Notes under the pieces: generated by a model
Database searches by the model: none
Told to the model about the DNA's origin: nothing
The model's input: only the letters and a program-made list of their open reading frames with translations
In this document: piece after piece, positions 51,912 to 61,428 of the stretch
Layout of the letters: each line of letters begins with the position of its first letter
Numbering within the stretch: position 1 is the first letter of the stretch
Position numbers and translations under genes: made by a program
NCBI GenBank assembly: GCA_036229005.1
Contig: JAZAMN010000052.1
Span: 192,001-256,000, forward strand
Direction: 5' to 3'
Length of the DNA: 64,000 bases
Origin: Myxococcota bacterium
Lineage (GTDB): Bacteria; Myxococcota_A; UBA796; CAJQPC01

Positions 51912-53237
51912 ATGCCCCGCGTGTTGTCTGGCCCCTTCCAGCGGGCCTTGGTTGTCGAGAACCCCCACCCCAGCCTGGATGATCTCCTCCAGGAGGGGGC
52001 CTTCGAGGAGGTCGTGCGCGTCGCGGAGGCGCCCAACGCGGAGACCCTGCTCAAGCTGCTCAACGAGCACCGCAGCCAGGTCCTCTTCAAGCGCAGCCGG
52101 GTCCCCGTGACCCGCGAGGTCCTGGAGGGCGCCAGCGATCTGATGGCCATCCAGCTCTGCTGCATCGGGGACGACAGCATCGACAAGGCCGCCGCCGCCG
52201 AGCAGGGCGTGCTCATCTTCAATGACCCGGTCTCAAACGGTCGCTCGGTGGTCGAGCTGGTCGTGGCCAACCTCATCGCGCTGTCCCGCCGGCTCTACCA
52301 GTCGGATCGGGAGACCCACGAGGGCAACTGGCAGAAGAACAACCACGAGCGCTACGAGATCCGCGGCAAGGTCCTGGGCATCGTTGGCCTGGGCAACATC
52401 GGCCGGGCCACCGCCCGGGTCTGTGACGCCCTGGGCATGGAGATCTGCTTCTACGACAACCGCCGCGTGGCGCAGGAGGTGGGCCAGGAGATGGGCTGGC
52501 GCTCCGCTGACAGCCTGGAGTCCCTCTTCGAGAGCTGCGACTACGTGACGCTGCACCCCAGCGCCGTGGACTGGCAGGGCCGCAGCAACGACGGGCTGAT
52601 CACCCGTGAGCTGTTGATGAGACTGGGGTCGAAGCGGCCGGAGAGCTCGCCCCGCATCTACCTGAACCTCTCTCGCGGCTTCCTGCACGCACCCCAGGAT
52701 CTTCTGGATGCCATCGAGGCCGGGGTCATCCGTCGGGCCGCTGTGGACGTCTACCCCTCCGAGCCCCGCGCCAAGGGCCCGGGCTGGACCAAGAACCCCT
52801 ACGCCAACGAGCCGCGGGTCATCTGCAGCCCGCACATCGGCGCGGCCACCCAGGAGGCCCAGCCCCGCATCGCCCTCCGGGTCTCCCGCACCACCAACGG
52901 CTTCTCCGAGCGCGGGGCCATCCGGGACTGCGTCTACTCGCCCCGCACCCAGATCTCCATGGCGGACGACCTGCGCGCTGGCCGCGCCGTCCTGGTGGTC
53001 GTGCACTCCACCACCCGGGGTACCAAGCGGGCGCTGGACGCGGCCATCTTCGAGGCCGGCGCCGACAACCTGCGCTCCGAGCACCAGGACCTGGGCGACT
53101 GGGGCATCGCGGTCGACGTGAACCTGCTGGACCGGCCGCTGCCTCGCAGCGCCCTGGACAGCATCGTGGCCCGCACCGAGGCGCTGAGCGGGGAGTCCGG
53201 CGCGGTCCGGAGCATCCGGCAGGTGCTGCTGAGCTGA
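51912..53237 (+). CDS. serA: D-3-phosphoglycerate dehydrogenase
   Basis: CIG, NDPVSNGRSVVE, EIRGKVLGIVGLGNIG, VDVYPSEP, PHIGAATQEAQ; ACT-like C-terminus. Confidence 0.88.
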   Translation: MPRVLSGPFQRALVVENPHPSLDDLLQEGAFEEVVRVAEAPNAETLLKLLNEHRSQVLFKRSRVPVTREVLEGASDLMAIQLCCIGDDSIDKAAAAEQGVLIFNDPVSNGRSVVELVVANLIALSRRLYQSDRETHEGNWQKNNHERYEIRGKVLGIVGLGNIGRATARVCDALGMEICFYDNRRVAQEVGQEMGWRSADSLESLFESCDYVTLHPSAVDWQGRSNDGLITRELLMRLGSKRPESSPRIYLNLSRGFLHAPQDLLDAIEAGVIRRAAVDVYPSEPRAKGPGWTKNPYANEPRVICSPHIGAATQEAQPRIALRVSRTTNGFSERGAIRDCVYSPRTQISMADDLRAGRAVLVVVHSTTRGTKRALDAAIFEAGADNLRSEHQDLGDWGIAVDVNLLDRPLPRSALDSIVARTEALSGESGAVRSIRQVLLS

Positions 53238-53266
53238 GGGCGCGCCCCGGGCAGCCTGAACGCAGA

Positions 53267-53300
53267 ACGGGCCGACAGTCACTCTCGACTGCCGGCCCGT
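53267..53300. terminator. Hairpin between convergent serA and NYN genes
   Basis: ACGGGCCGACAGTC-ACTCTC-GACTGCCGGCCCGT. Confidence 0.65.
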
Positions 53301-53325
53301 GTTGTCTCTGGGACGCCTCAGCGGC

Positions 53326-55284
53326 TCAGGACTCGCCCTTGTCGTCAGCCTTGGCAGCCGAGTCGGCGCTGGCTTCGGTCTTGGCGCTGGCCGCCTTGGT
53401 CCGCACCGTGGTGGTCCGCTTGCGGGTGGTCGAGCTGCTGGCGCTGCTCTCCTTCGTCGCGGCGGAGGTGGTGCGGGGCTTGCGGGTGCGGGTGGTCTTC
53501 TTGGCCGCGGGCTTCTCGGCCTCGGCAGGCGCCTCAGCAGCCTCAGCGCCCTTCTCAGCGGGGGCGTCGGTCGCTGTGGAGGACGTCGACTTGGCGCTCG
53601 CGGTCTTCTTGGCCGCGGGCTTCTTGGTCGTCGTCTTCTTGGCTGCCGTCGTCTTCTTGGCGGTGCTGCTGCGCTTGGTGGTGGTCCGCTTGGCCGGAGC
53701 CTTGGCGGGAGCCTCCTCGGCGGGGGCCTCAGCGGCCTCCTTCACCGGAGCCTCGGCAGGAGCCTTGGCGGGAGCCTCGGCGGGCGCATCAGCCTTCGCG
53801 GACTTGGTGTCCTCGCTGGCGGTCGCGGGCTTTGCGGCCTTGGAGGTGGAGCTCCGCTTGCGCGGTGCACGGGTCCGCTTGGGCTTGCTGGGTGCCTCCT
53901 CCTTCTTGGCCTCTTCCTTGTCAGCGGGCTTCTCCGCTTCCTTGGCGGCCGGCTTGTCGGCATCCTTGTCAGCGTCCTTGGCAGCGGACTTGCTGGCAGA
54001 GGACTTGGAGGGGCTGCCGGACAGCTCCCAGGCCATCAGCTCTTCGACCACTCGGGTCTTGCTGCGGTCGCCGAACAGCAGCTCAGCGACGTCGGGGACC
54101 ACCTTCTTGAGGGCGACACCCTGCTCCTGCAGGGTCTTGAGGGCGGCGACGTCCAGGGTCTTCATCACGCCCGCGGCGTCCTTCACGCCCAGCTCGAACG
54201 CGGCGAAGAAGCTGCGGACGGGCTCGCCGTCGGTGTGTCGGAACACCCCCTGGGCGTGGAGCACGTTCACCAGGCTCTTGACCTGACGGCCATTGAGCGA
54301 GGTCTCCCCGCTGCGCACCTTCTTCGCGGAGTCCTGGGTCACCCACTGGATGTTGACCCGCTTGTTGCGGCCGCTGCGGTCGGCGATCACCTGCATCATC
54401 GCGTCGGCCAGGGCCTGACGATGCTCGCGGGTGAGCAGCTCCAGCTCCTCGCCCTTGAGGATGTCGTAGAGCTTGCGGGCGCCGGAGGACAGCTCCAGAT
54501 CGGTGCCGCTCTCGGAGCCGCCGCCATCGTCTTCGGCGTCGACCAGGTAGCCGCCGCCCTTCTGGTCGCGGGACAGCGAGATGATGTTCTGCTTCTGGCA
54601 GTACTCCAGGAAGCGGGCGAAGCTGGAGAAGCCCAGGTCGGCCTCGTTGAACGCCGGGTGCTTGCGGAGAAGCTGCTCCTTGATCCGGCTCCCGTGGGCG
54701 GGCTTGGGGTCCTCGCGCTGCAGGGCGGCCAGGGCCTCCGTGACCAGCTCCATGGCCTCTTCGCGGCTGAGCTTGTTGGGCGTGTCCTCGCCCTCGCTGC
54801 GACGCTTGGGGCGCTGGGTCTTCTGCTGACGCAGGGTGTCGTAGAAGATGAACTCGTCCACGGCCTCCACGATCAGGCGGCTGGTGCTGCGGCGGGTGCC
54901 GAGCCCGATCACCCGCTTGTCCAGCTCGCGGAGCTTCTGGATCAGGGGGGTGAAGTCGGAGTCACCCGAGACCACGACGAAGGTGTCGATGTAGTCGCGG
55001 GTCAGGGCCAGCTCCATGCAGTCGACGACCAGCGCGACGTCGGCGCGGTTCTTGTCGTTCATGCCGTGGGCCGACAGCTCGAAGAGCTGCACGGATTCGA
55101 AGAGCATGTCCTTCTTGAAGCGGGCGAAGCGGCCCCAGTCGGCGTAGCTGCGGGCGATCAGGACTTTGCCCTTCTCGCGCAGTCGGTTCATGATCAGGCC
55201 GACGTTGACCTTGCCAAGGCCTTCCTTTTCGGTGCCTGCGGCGATGTTCTCAAAGTCGATGAGAACGGCGATTTTCGGTTCCAA
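53326..55284 (-). CDS. NYN (LabA/DUF88) domain protein with OST-HTH/LOTUS domain and a Lys/Ala/Thr-rich tail
   Basis: IAVLIDFENI, KNRADVAL, VSGDSDFTPL, FNEADLGFSSFARFL; probable TTG start. Confidence 0.9.
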   Translation of the reverse strand: MEPKIAVLIDFENIAAGTEKEGLGKVNVGLIMNRLREKGKVLIARSYADWGRFARFKKDMLFESVQLFELSAHGMNDKNRADVALVVDCMELALTRDYIDTFVVVSGDSDFTPLIQKLRELDKRVIGLGTRRSTSRLIVEAVDEFIFYDTLRQQKTQRPKRRSEGEDTPNKLSREEAMELVTEALAALQREDPKPAHGSRIKEQLLRKHPAFNEADLGFSSFARFLEYCQKQNIISLSRDQKGGGYLVDAEDDGGGSESGTDLELSSGARKLYDILKGEELELLTREHRQALADAMMQVIADRSGRNKRVNIQWVTQDSAKKVRSGETSLNGRQVKSLVNVLHAQGVFRHTDGEPVRSFFAAFELGVKDAAGVMKTLDVAALKTLQEQGVALKKVVPDVAELLFGDRSKTRVVEELMAWELSGSPSKSSASKSAAKDADKDADKPAAKEAEKPADKEEAKKEEAPSKPKRTRAPRKRSSTSKAAKPATASEDTKSAKADAPAEAPAKAPAEAPVKEAAEAPAEEAPAKAPAKRTTTKRSSTAKKTTAAKKTTTKKPAAKKTASAKSTSSTATDAPAEKGAEAAEAPAEAEKPAAKKTTRTRKPRTTSAATKESSASSSTTRKRTTTVRTKAASAKTEASADSAAKADDKGES

Positions 55285-55465
55285 GTTCCATCTCGCGTGA
55301 TTGCGCGCCGGCGGGCGATTCATTTCGCCCCGCGCTTGTGAGGGGGACGGCGGCGAGGCCGCTTCATTGCGGCTGCAGGCCCTCCCGCTGGGGCACGTAT
55401 CACGTCCGCGCCAGGGACATCTGGGACAATGGGACAATCCTGCGAGAGGGCGATAGCCACAGCAC

Positions 55466-56290
55466 ATGCGCTTCGACTCCTTCTCCGGCTCCAGCCGCTA
55501 CATCGCCGACCCCGACCTGCTGTCCGCGGTCAACGCCGCCATCGCCCTCCAGCGACCGCTGATCGTCAAGGGGGAGCCCGGCACGGGCAAGACCCTGTTG
55601 GCCCACGCCATCGCCGAAGCCCTGGAGAAGCCGCTGCTCTCCTGGCACGTCAAGTCCACCTCCAAGGCCAGCGAGGGGCTCTACACCTATGACGTGGTGC
55701 AGCGCCTGAACGACTCCCGCTTCGGTGACGGGGACGTCTCGGACATCCGCCGCTACATCAAGCTGGGCCCCATGGGGCGGGCCTTCGCCAGCGATCAGCA
55801 GGTGGTCCTGCTCCTGGACGAGATCGACAAGGCGGACCTGGAGTTCCCCAACGATCTGCTCCGCGAGCTCGACGAGATGCAGTTCTACATCCCCGAGCTG
55901 GACGAGACCGTCAGCGCCAGGCACCGGCCGGTGACCATCATCACCTCCAACGCCGAGAAGGAGCTCCCCGACGCCTTCCTGCGCCGCTGCGTGTTCCACT
56001 ACATCGGCTTCCCCGACAAGGAGCGCATGGCCAAGATCGTCGCGGTCCACCACCCGGACCTGGACAGCGCCCTGCTGGAGACGGCCATGAACCGCTTCTA
56101 CCGGCTGCGCAAGACCGACGGCCTCCGCAAGAAGCCCAGCACCTCCGAGTTCCTGGATTGGCTCACGGTCCTCGTCCGCGCCGGCATCCCCGTCGAGCGC
56201 ATCGACAAGGAGATGCCCTTCCTGGGCGTGCTCCTCAAGCAGGAGAAGGACCTGGAGACCCTTGAGATCCGGCGCAAGCGGGGCCACTGA
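55466..56290 (+). CDS. MoxR-family AAA+ ATPase (CoxD-like)
   Basis: KGEPGTGKT, LLDEIDKAD, TSNAEKELPDAFLRRC, KKPSTSE. Confidence 0.93.
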   Translation: MRFDSFSGSSRYIADPDLLSAVNAAIALQRPLIVKGEPGTGKTLLAHAIAEALEKPLLSWHVKSTSKASEGLYTYDVVQRLNDSRFGDGDVSDIRRYIKLGPMGRAFASDQQVVLLLDEIDKADLEFPNDLLRELDEMQFYIPELDETVSARHRPVTIITSNAEKELPDAFLRRCVFHYIGFPDKERMAKIVAVHHPDLDSALLETAMNRFYRLRKTDGLRKKPSTSEFLDWLTVLVRAGIPVERIDKEMPFLGVLLKQEKDLETLEIRRKRGH

Positions 56291-57486
56291 TGGCCACCGA
56301 GACCGTCAACTCCGGGAGCGACAGCGTCCACGGCCGGCTCTTCCTGCCGCTGCTCTACAACCTCCGCGCCCAGGGCCTCCCCGTCGGAACGGGGGAGTGG
56401 CTTGCCTTCCTGGAGGGCCTCAAGGCCAACCTCGCCCGGGATCTGGACGGCGTCTACCGCCTGGGCCGCGCGCTCCTGGTCCACAAAGAGGCGCACTACG
56501 ACGCCTACGACATCGCCTTCCACGCCACCTTCGCCGGTGTGGAGCTCAAGCCTGAGCTCAAGGAGGCCCTGGAGAGCTGGCTGAACGACCCCGCCGCCTG
56601 GGAAGAGGGCCGCCCCCCCGGAGAGCATCAGTTCGCCTCCCTCGAAGAGCTGCTCCAGGCCCTCGCCGACACCCTCCGTGAGCAACAGGAGCGGCACGAG
56701 GGCGGCAACCGCTGGGTAGGCACAGGCGGGACCAGCCCCTACGGCAACTCCGGCAAGGCCAATCAGGGCGTCCGAATCGGCGGCAGCGGGGGAGGCCGCA
56801 GCGCGGTCCGGGTCGCCGGTGAGCGGCGCTGGCAGGGCTACCGCACCGACCTCAAGCTGGAGATCCGCGACTTCAAGGTCGCCCTCCGCGAGCTGCGCAA
56901 GCTCAAGCGCGAAGGCCACGAGGTCCTGGATCTCGACGGCACCATCGACAGCACCGCCAAGAACGCCGGCGACATCGACCTGGTCTTCACCAAGGAGCGC
57001 GCCAACCGCGTGCGCTTGCTCCTGCTCATGGACGCAGGCGGCTCGATGGCCCCCCACGCGCAGCTCGTCTCCCGCCTCTTCACGGCCTCCAAGGAGATGA
57101 AGACCTTCAAGAGCCTGGACCACTACTACTTCCACAACTGCGTCTACGGCTGGCTCTACCGCGACTACCAGACCTGGGATCGCCGCCGCACGGAAGAGGT
57201 CCTCCGCGAGCTCACCCCCGAGCACCGGGTGATCTTCGTCGGCGACGCATCGATGGCCCCCTGGGAGCTCTTCGCGGACAGCGGCGGCTTCGGCGAGCGC
57301 GGCCCCAGCGGCCACGAGTGGCTCCAGCGCATCAAGGCCGAGTGTCCCCACAGCGTCTGGCTCAACCCCGATCCGCAGACCTACTGGCGCCACCCCACCG
57401 TCAGCGCGATCGGCACGCTGTTCCCGATGTTCCCGCTGACCATCGACGGTCTCCGAGAGGCCACCCGCAAGCTCCGGGCCGCTTGA
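56290..57486 (+). CDS. VWA-domain protein (CoxE-like)
   Basis: GGNRWVGTGGTSPYG, LLMDAGGSM, YFHNC, FVGDASM, WLNP. Confidence 0.9.
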   Translation: MATETVNSGSDSVHGRLFLPLLYNLRAQGLPVGTGEWLAFLEGLKANLARDLDGVYRLGRALLVHKEAHYDAYDIAFHATFAGVELKPELKEALESWLNDPAAWEEGRPPGEHQFASLEELLQALADTLREQQERHEGGNRWVGTGGTSPYGNSGKANQGVRIGGSGGGRSAVRVAGERRWQGYRTDLKLEIRDFKVALRELRKLKREGHEVLDLDGTIDSTAKNAGDIDLVFTKERANRVRLLLLMDAGGSMAPHAQLVSRLFTASKEMKTFKSLDHYYFHNCVYGWLYRDYQTWDRRRTEEVLRELTPEHRVIFVGDASMAPWELFADSGGFGERGPSGHEWLQRIKAECPHSVWLNPDPQTYWRHPTVSAIGTLFPMFPLTIDGLREATRKLRAA

Positions 57487-58812
57487 GTGTGGTGGGCGTG
57501 GCTGGCCTGCAGCGCCGCCGACCGGGGGGACCGCGCCTTCGAGCAGGGTGACTGGGAGCAGGCCGTCTCCCGGTATCAAGAGGCCGTTGGGCTCACGGAC
57601 ACCCAGGCCCAACGTCTGGCCCGGTCCTGCCTCAAGCTCGACAGACCCGACTGCGCAGACGAGGCACTGCGTGGCGTGACGGATCTCGACGCAAACGGGG
57701 CTCTGGTCCGCTGCGTGCTCACCCAGGACCTTGCCGACTGCGCGTTGGACGAGCCCAGCCTGTCCTCGCCGGCGCTGCAGGTCAATGCGTGTTTGCTGGC
57801 GCTGACCCAGGACAAGAGGTGGGCCCCCGGTCTCTGTGAGGCCGCGATGCTCGCTGCCCCCCTGGACCCCCTGCCGAGGCTGGCTGCCGCAGAGCTCGCT
57901 CTGGATGAGGGCATGCGCCCTGCCGCCCTCAAGCTGCTGGAGAGCGTGGGCTCCCTGGAGCTCGGGGACTCTGAGCTGGCCTGGACCATGGCTCTCTGGC
58001 AGCGCGCCGGCCTGCCTCTGGAGGCCTGTCAGCTTGGGAAGGGGAGGAGAGCGGAGGGGCTGGGGCTCGGGGCTGCCTGTCTCGCCGCCGGGGATCCGGC
58101 TGGGGAGGACATCCTCGAGGAGCTCGGCACCCCCGAGGCCAGGGTCCTGCTGCTCCGCCTGAGCCTCGCCCGCGCAGAGGCGGCGCGCCCCGGACCCGAG
58201 CGCAGCCTGGAGCTCGACAAGGCGGAGTCGCTGCTCCGAGGCTTGGGGCCCCTCTCCGAGACCTCGGGGGTGCTCACCGACCGCGGGCGCCTGCGCCGCC
58301 TGCAGGGACGCGAAGATGACGCCATCGCACTCTTTGCGCAGGCCTTGGCCCAGGACCCTGAGGAGCTGGCGCCGCGCTTGAACCTCTCCCGGCTGCACCA
58401 CCAGCGGGGGGACTCCGCCGCCGCGCTCCTGGTGTTGATGCAGGCCCCGGAGCTGGACCCCGTGGAGTCGCTGGCCCTGGAGCTCGAAGTGGCCCAGCTC
58501 CGCTCGGCCACGGGGGATCTGGAGACCGCGGCGCTGCTGGAGCTCCTTGAGCGCTGTGAGAAGGCAGGGCAGCGGCAGTGCGCAGCGGAGACCACCTTCC
58601 TGTTGGCCATGCACGCGGAGAGCGACGAGGTGGGCGTGGCGTGGCTGGACCGCGCGCTGGAGCTCGGCGGGCTGGTCATGGGCAGACGGGCGCTCGCGGA
58701 GCCACGCCTGCTCGAGCTGGTGGCCTCCCCGGCTGCTGTGGCTTGGGAGCGAGACCCTGCGCTGAGGGAGATCCGGGCCCAGGCGAGCGCGATGGCGGGG
58801 GGGGCTCGCTGA
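57487..58812 (+). CDS. TPR-repeat lipoprotein
   Basis: GTG directly after the previous stop; MWWAWLAC; TPR-like helices. Confidence 0.7.
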   Translation: MWWAWLACSAADRGDRAFEQGDWEQAVSRYQEAVGLTDTQAQRLARSCLKLDRPDCADEALRGVTDLDANGALVRCVLTQDLADCALDEPSLSSPALQVNACLLALTQDKRWAPGLCEAAMLAAPLDPLPRLAAAELALDEGMRPAALKLLESVGSLELGDSELAWTMALWQRAGLPLEACQLGKGRRAEGLGLGAACLAAGDPAGEDILEELGTPEARVLLLRLSLARAEAARPGPERSLELDKAESLLRGLGPLSETSGVLTDRGRLRRLQGREDDAIALFAQALAQDPEELAPRLNLSRLHHQRGDSAAALLVLMQAPELDPVESLALELEVAQLRSATGDLETAALLELLERCEKAGQRQCAAETTFLLAMHAESDEVGVAWLDRALELGGLVMGRRALAEPRLLELVASPAAVAWERDPALREIRAQASAMAGGAR

Positions 58813-58942
58813 TGCTCCGGGGCAGCCCTGGCATAGCCCCGATGGCCCGCCGGTCCAGCGTGCCACGGTCCTGCAACAGCGCGGGGCTGAGGGACGCTTC
58901 GGGTTGTCGTGTCGCCGAGGCTTGCTATTAGAGGGCCGTCAC

Positions 58943-59014
58943 TGGGGCGTCGCCAAGTGGTAAGGCAGCGGGTTTTGGTCCCGCCATTCGCAGGTTCGAA
59001 TCCTGCCGCCCCAA
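58943..59014 (+). tRNA. tRNA-Gln (UUG), CCA not encoded
   Basis: Acceptor TGGGGCG/CGCCCCA; anticodon arm GCGGG-TTTTGGT-CCCGC; T arm GCAGG-TTCGAAT-CCTGC; usual position upstream of prs. Confidence 0.97.
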
Positions 59015-59054
59015 ACTTCACATCCTCCGCTCCTTCTGCTCCGAGGCGAGACCG

Positions 59055-60005
59055 ATGTACGGTGAGATCAAGCTCTTGACCGGGAACGCCAACCCGGAAC
59101 TGGCCCAATCCATCTGCAAGCATCTCGGAGTGTCCCTGGGGCAGGCCAAGGTCGGTCGCTTCTCGGACGGGGAGGTCCAGGTGGAGATCGCGGACAACGT
59201 CCGCGGGCGGGATGTCTTCCTGCTGCAGCCGACCTCCGCGCCGGCCAACGACAACCTGATGGAGCTGCTGATCCTCGGGGACGCCTGCAAGCGCGCCAGC
59301 GCAGGGCGGGTGACCGCGGTGGTGCCGTACTACGGCTACGCACGTCAGGATCGCAAGGTGGCGCCGCGTGCGCCGATCACCGCCAAGCTGATCGCCGATC
59401 TCTTCTCCGCGGTGGGCTTTGACCGGGTCCTGACCATGGACCTGCACGCTGGCCAGATCCAGGGCTTCTTCGACACCCCGGTGGACAACCTCTACGCCAG
59501 CCCGCGCCTCATCGGCTACCTGCGGGAGAAGACCGTGGGGCGGGACGACGTGGTGGTGGTGAGCCCCGACGCGGGCGGCACCGAGCGCGCCCGGGCCTAC
59601 GCCAAGAGCCTGGGGGCCGCCCTGGCCATCGTCGACAAGCGCCGCAGCGGCCCCAACGTGGCCGAGGTCATGCACATCATCGGCGATGTGAAGGGCAAGT
59701 ACGCCGTGCTGGTGGACGACATGATCGACACCGCGGGCACCCTCACCAAGGCGGCCAAGGCCATCATGGAGAACGGCGCGAAGGAGGTCATCGCGGTGGC
59801 CACCCATCCCGTGCTCTCTGGCCCCGCCGCCGAGCGCATCGCGGCCGCCCCCTTGAGCGAGGTGGTCGTCACCGACACCATCCCGCTCTCGCCCGAGGCT
59901 CGGGCCACCGGCAAGATCAAGGTGGCCAGCGTCGCGGTGCTCCTGGCCGAGGCCATCCGCAGCATCCACCACTCCGACTCGGTGTCGCGCCTCTTCAGCG
60001 TCTGA
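59055..60005 (+). CDS. prs: Ribose-phosphate pyrophosphokinase
   Basis: [38 protein letters not shown]. Confidence 0.98.
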   Translation: MYGEIKLLTGNANPELAQSICKHLGVSLGQAKVGRFSDGEVQVEIADNVRGRDVFLLQPTSAPANDNLMELLILGDACKRASAGRVTAVVPYYGYARQDRKVAPRAPITAKLIADLFSAVGFDRVLTMDLHAGQIQGFFDTPVDNLYASPRLIGYLREKTVGRDDVVVVSPDAGGTERARAYAKSLGAALAIVDKRRSGPNVAEVMHIIGDVKGKYAVLVDDMIDTAGTLTKAAKAIMENGAKEVIAVATHPVLSGPAAERIAAAPLSEVVVTDTIPLSPEARATGKIKVASVAVLLAEAIRSIHHSDSVSRLFSV

Positions 60006-60202
60006 GGCTTGCCCCGATGGGCTGGGGGAGATAAGGCGGCGCCGCGAAGGCCACAGGTCATCGCTTCAAACCGCCGCCGCGTTGGATGCCCCCGGGCGTC
60101 CCGGAGCCCATGACGCGACTGGCCGGCGCTCTCCCGTTTTGGGCTGGGCGCCAATCGCACGCTGAACAGGCGCGAGGGCTCCCGCCGAACCGGGAACTTC
60201 TC

Positions 60203-60772
60203 ATGGACGCCACCCCGCTGCAGGCACAGAGCCGCACGGACTTCGGGAAGGGGGCTGCTCGCAAGCTGCGCGCCGCCGGCCAGATCCCCGCGCTGGTGTA
60301 CCGCGATGGTGCTGAGCCCACCCACGTCGCCGTGGATCCCCAGGCCCTCAGCCTCATCTACCAGCGCTCCAACAACCCCAACACCATCTTGGGCCTGACC
60401 GTCGGTGAGCAGGTGATCAACTGCCTGCTGGTCGACACCCAGAAGCACCCCGTCAGCCGCAAGCTGCTGCACGCGGACTTCTACGCGATCCGCGAGGACG
60501 AGTCCGTCCTGGTCGAGGTTCCGGTCGTGCCCGTGGGCAAGGCAAAGGGTGCCACCTTCGGTGGCAAGATCCAGCGCCTGCGCCACACCGTCCCCGTCCG
60601 CGCCCTCCCCAAGGATATCCCCGCGGTCATCGAGGTGGACGTGTCCCCGCTGGACCTGGGCGACATCCTCCGCTCCACCGAGGTCAGCACCCCCGAGGGC
60701 TGCACCATCGTGAGCGACACGCCCTTCAACGTGTTCGCCTGCAAGGGTCGCCGCGTCGCGGCTTCCAGCTGA
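60203..60772 (+). CDS. rplY: 50S ribosomal protein L25/Ctc
   Basis: GKGAARKLRAAGQIPALVY, QKHPV..LLHADF. Confidence 0.95.
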   Translation: MDATPLQAQSRTDFGKGAARKLRAAGQIPALVYRDGAEPTHVAVDPQALSLIYQRSNNPNTILGLTVGEQVINCLLVDTQKHPVSRKLLHADFYAIREDESVLVEVPVVPVGKAKGATFGGKIQRLRHTVPVRALPKDIPAVIEVDVSPLDLGDILRSTEVSTPEGCTIVSDTPFNVFACKGRRVAASS

Positions 60773-60789
60773 GCGCCAGGACGTCCTGA

Positions 60790-61428
60790 ATGAAGTTCAT
60801 CGCCGGCCTGGGCAACCCCGGACGCAAGTACGCCGGGACCCGACACAACGTCGGGTTCCTGGTCGTCGAGCGTCTGGCGGAGCGCTGGGGCATCGACTGC
60901 AGCAAGCTGCAGCACGGTGCTCTGGTGGGCTCGGGATCCATCCGGCATGAGAAGGCGGTGCTGATTCAGCCCCAGACCTTCATGAACCGCTCGGGACACC
61001 CGACTCGCTCGGTGGTGGGTTTCTACAAGGCTGGCGTCGAGGACCTGTTGGTCGTGCACGATGAGCTGGACCTCCCCTTTGGCACTGTGCGTGTCAAGCA
61101 GGGTGGGGGACACGGTGGGCACAATGGCCTGCGTGATCTGCACAAGCACTTTGGCGGCGGGAACTACGTTCGGATTCGGGTCGGCATCGGCCGTCCCCCC
61201 GAAGGCTGGGACACCGCTGACTATGTGCTCGGCAAGTGGGCCCCTGGTGAGAAGGATGATCTGCCCAGCGTGGTGGATCTGGCCGCCGATGCGGTCGAGT
61301 CCATCCTCGCAGAGGGGGCAGGTGCTGCCGCGAACCGGTTCAACGTCCGCCCCGGCAGGGGCAGGAGTGCGACGTCGTCCCAGGTATATGATTCCGCATC
61401 GACCACTCCGGTCGCAGGAGAATCATGA
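60790..61428 (+). CDS. pth: Peptidyl-tRNA hydrolase
   Basis: [39 protein letters not shown]. Confidence 0.97.
   Translation: MKFIAGLGNPGRKYAGTRHNVGFLVVERLAERWGIDCSKLQHGALVGSGSIRHEKAVLIQPQTFMNRSGHPTRSVVGFYKAGVEDLLVVHDELDLPFGTVRVKQGGGHGGHNGLRDLHKHFGGGNYVRIRVGIGRPPEGWDTADYVLGKWAPGEKDDLPSVVDLAADAVESILAEGAGAAANRFNVRPGRGRSATSSQVYDSASTTPVAGES

Noticed and set aside
53299..55341. Hydrophobic plus-strand ORFs opposite the NYN gene
   Set aside because: They are antisense reads of the Lys/Ala/Thr low-complexity tail.
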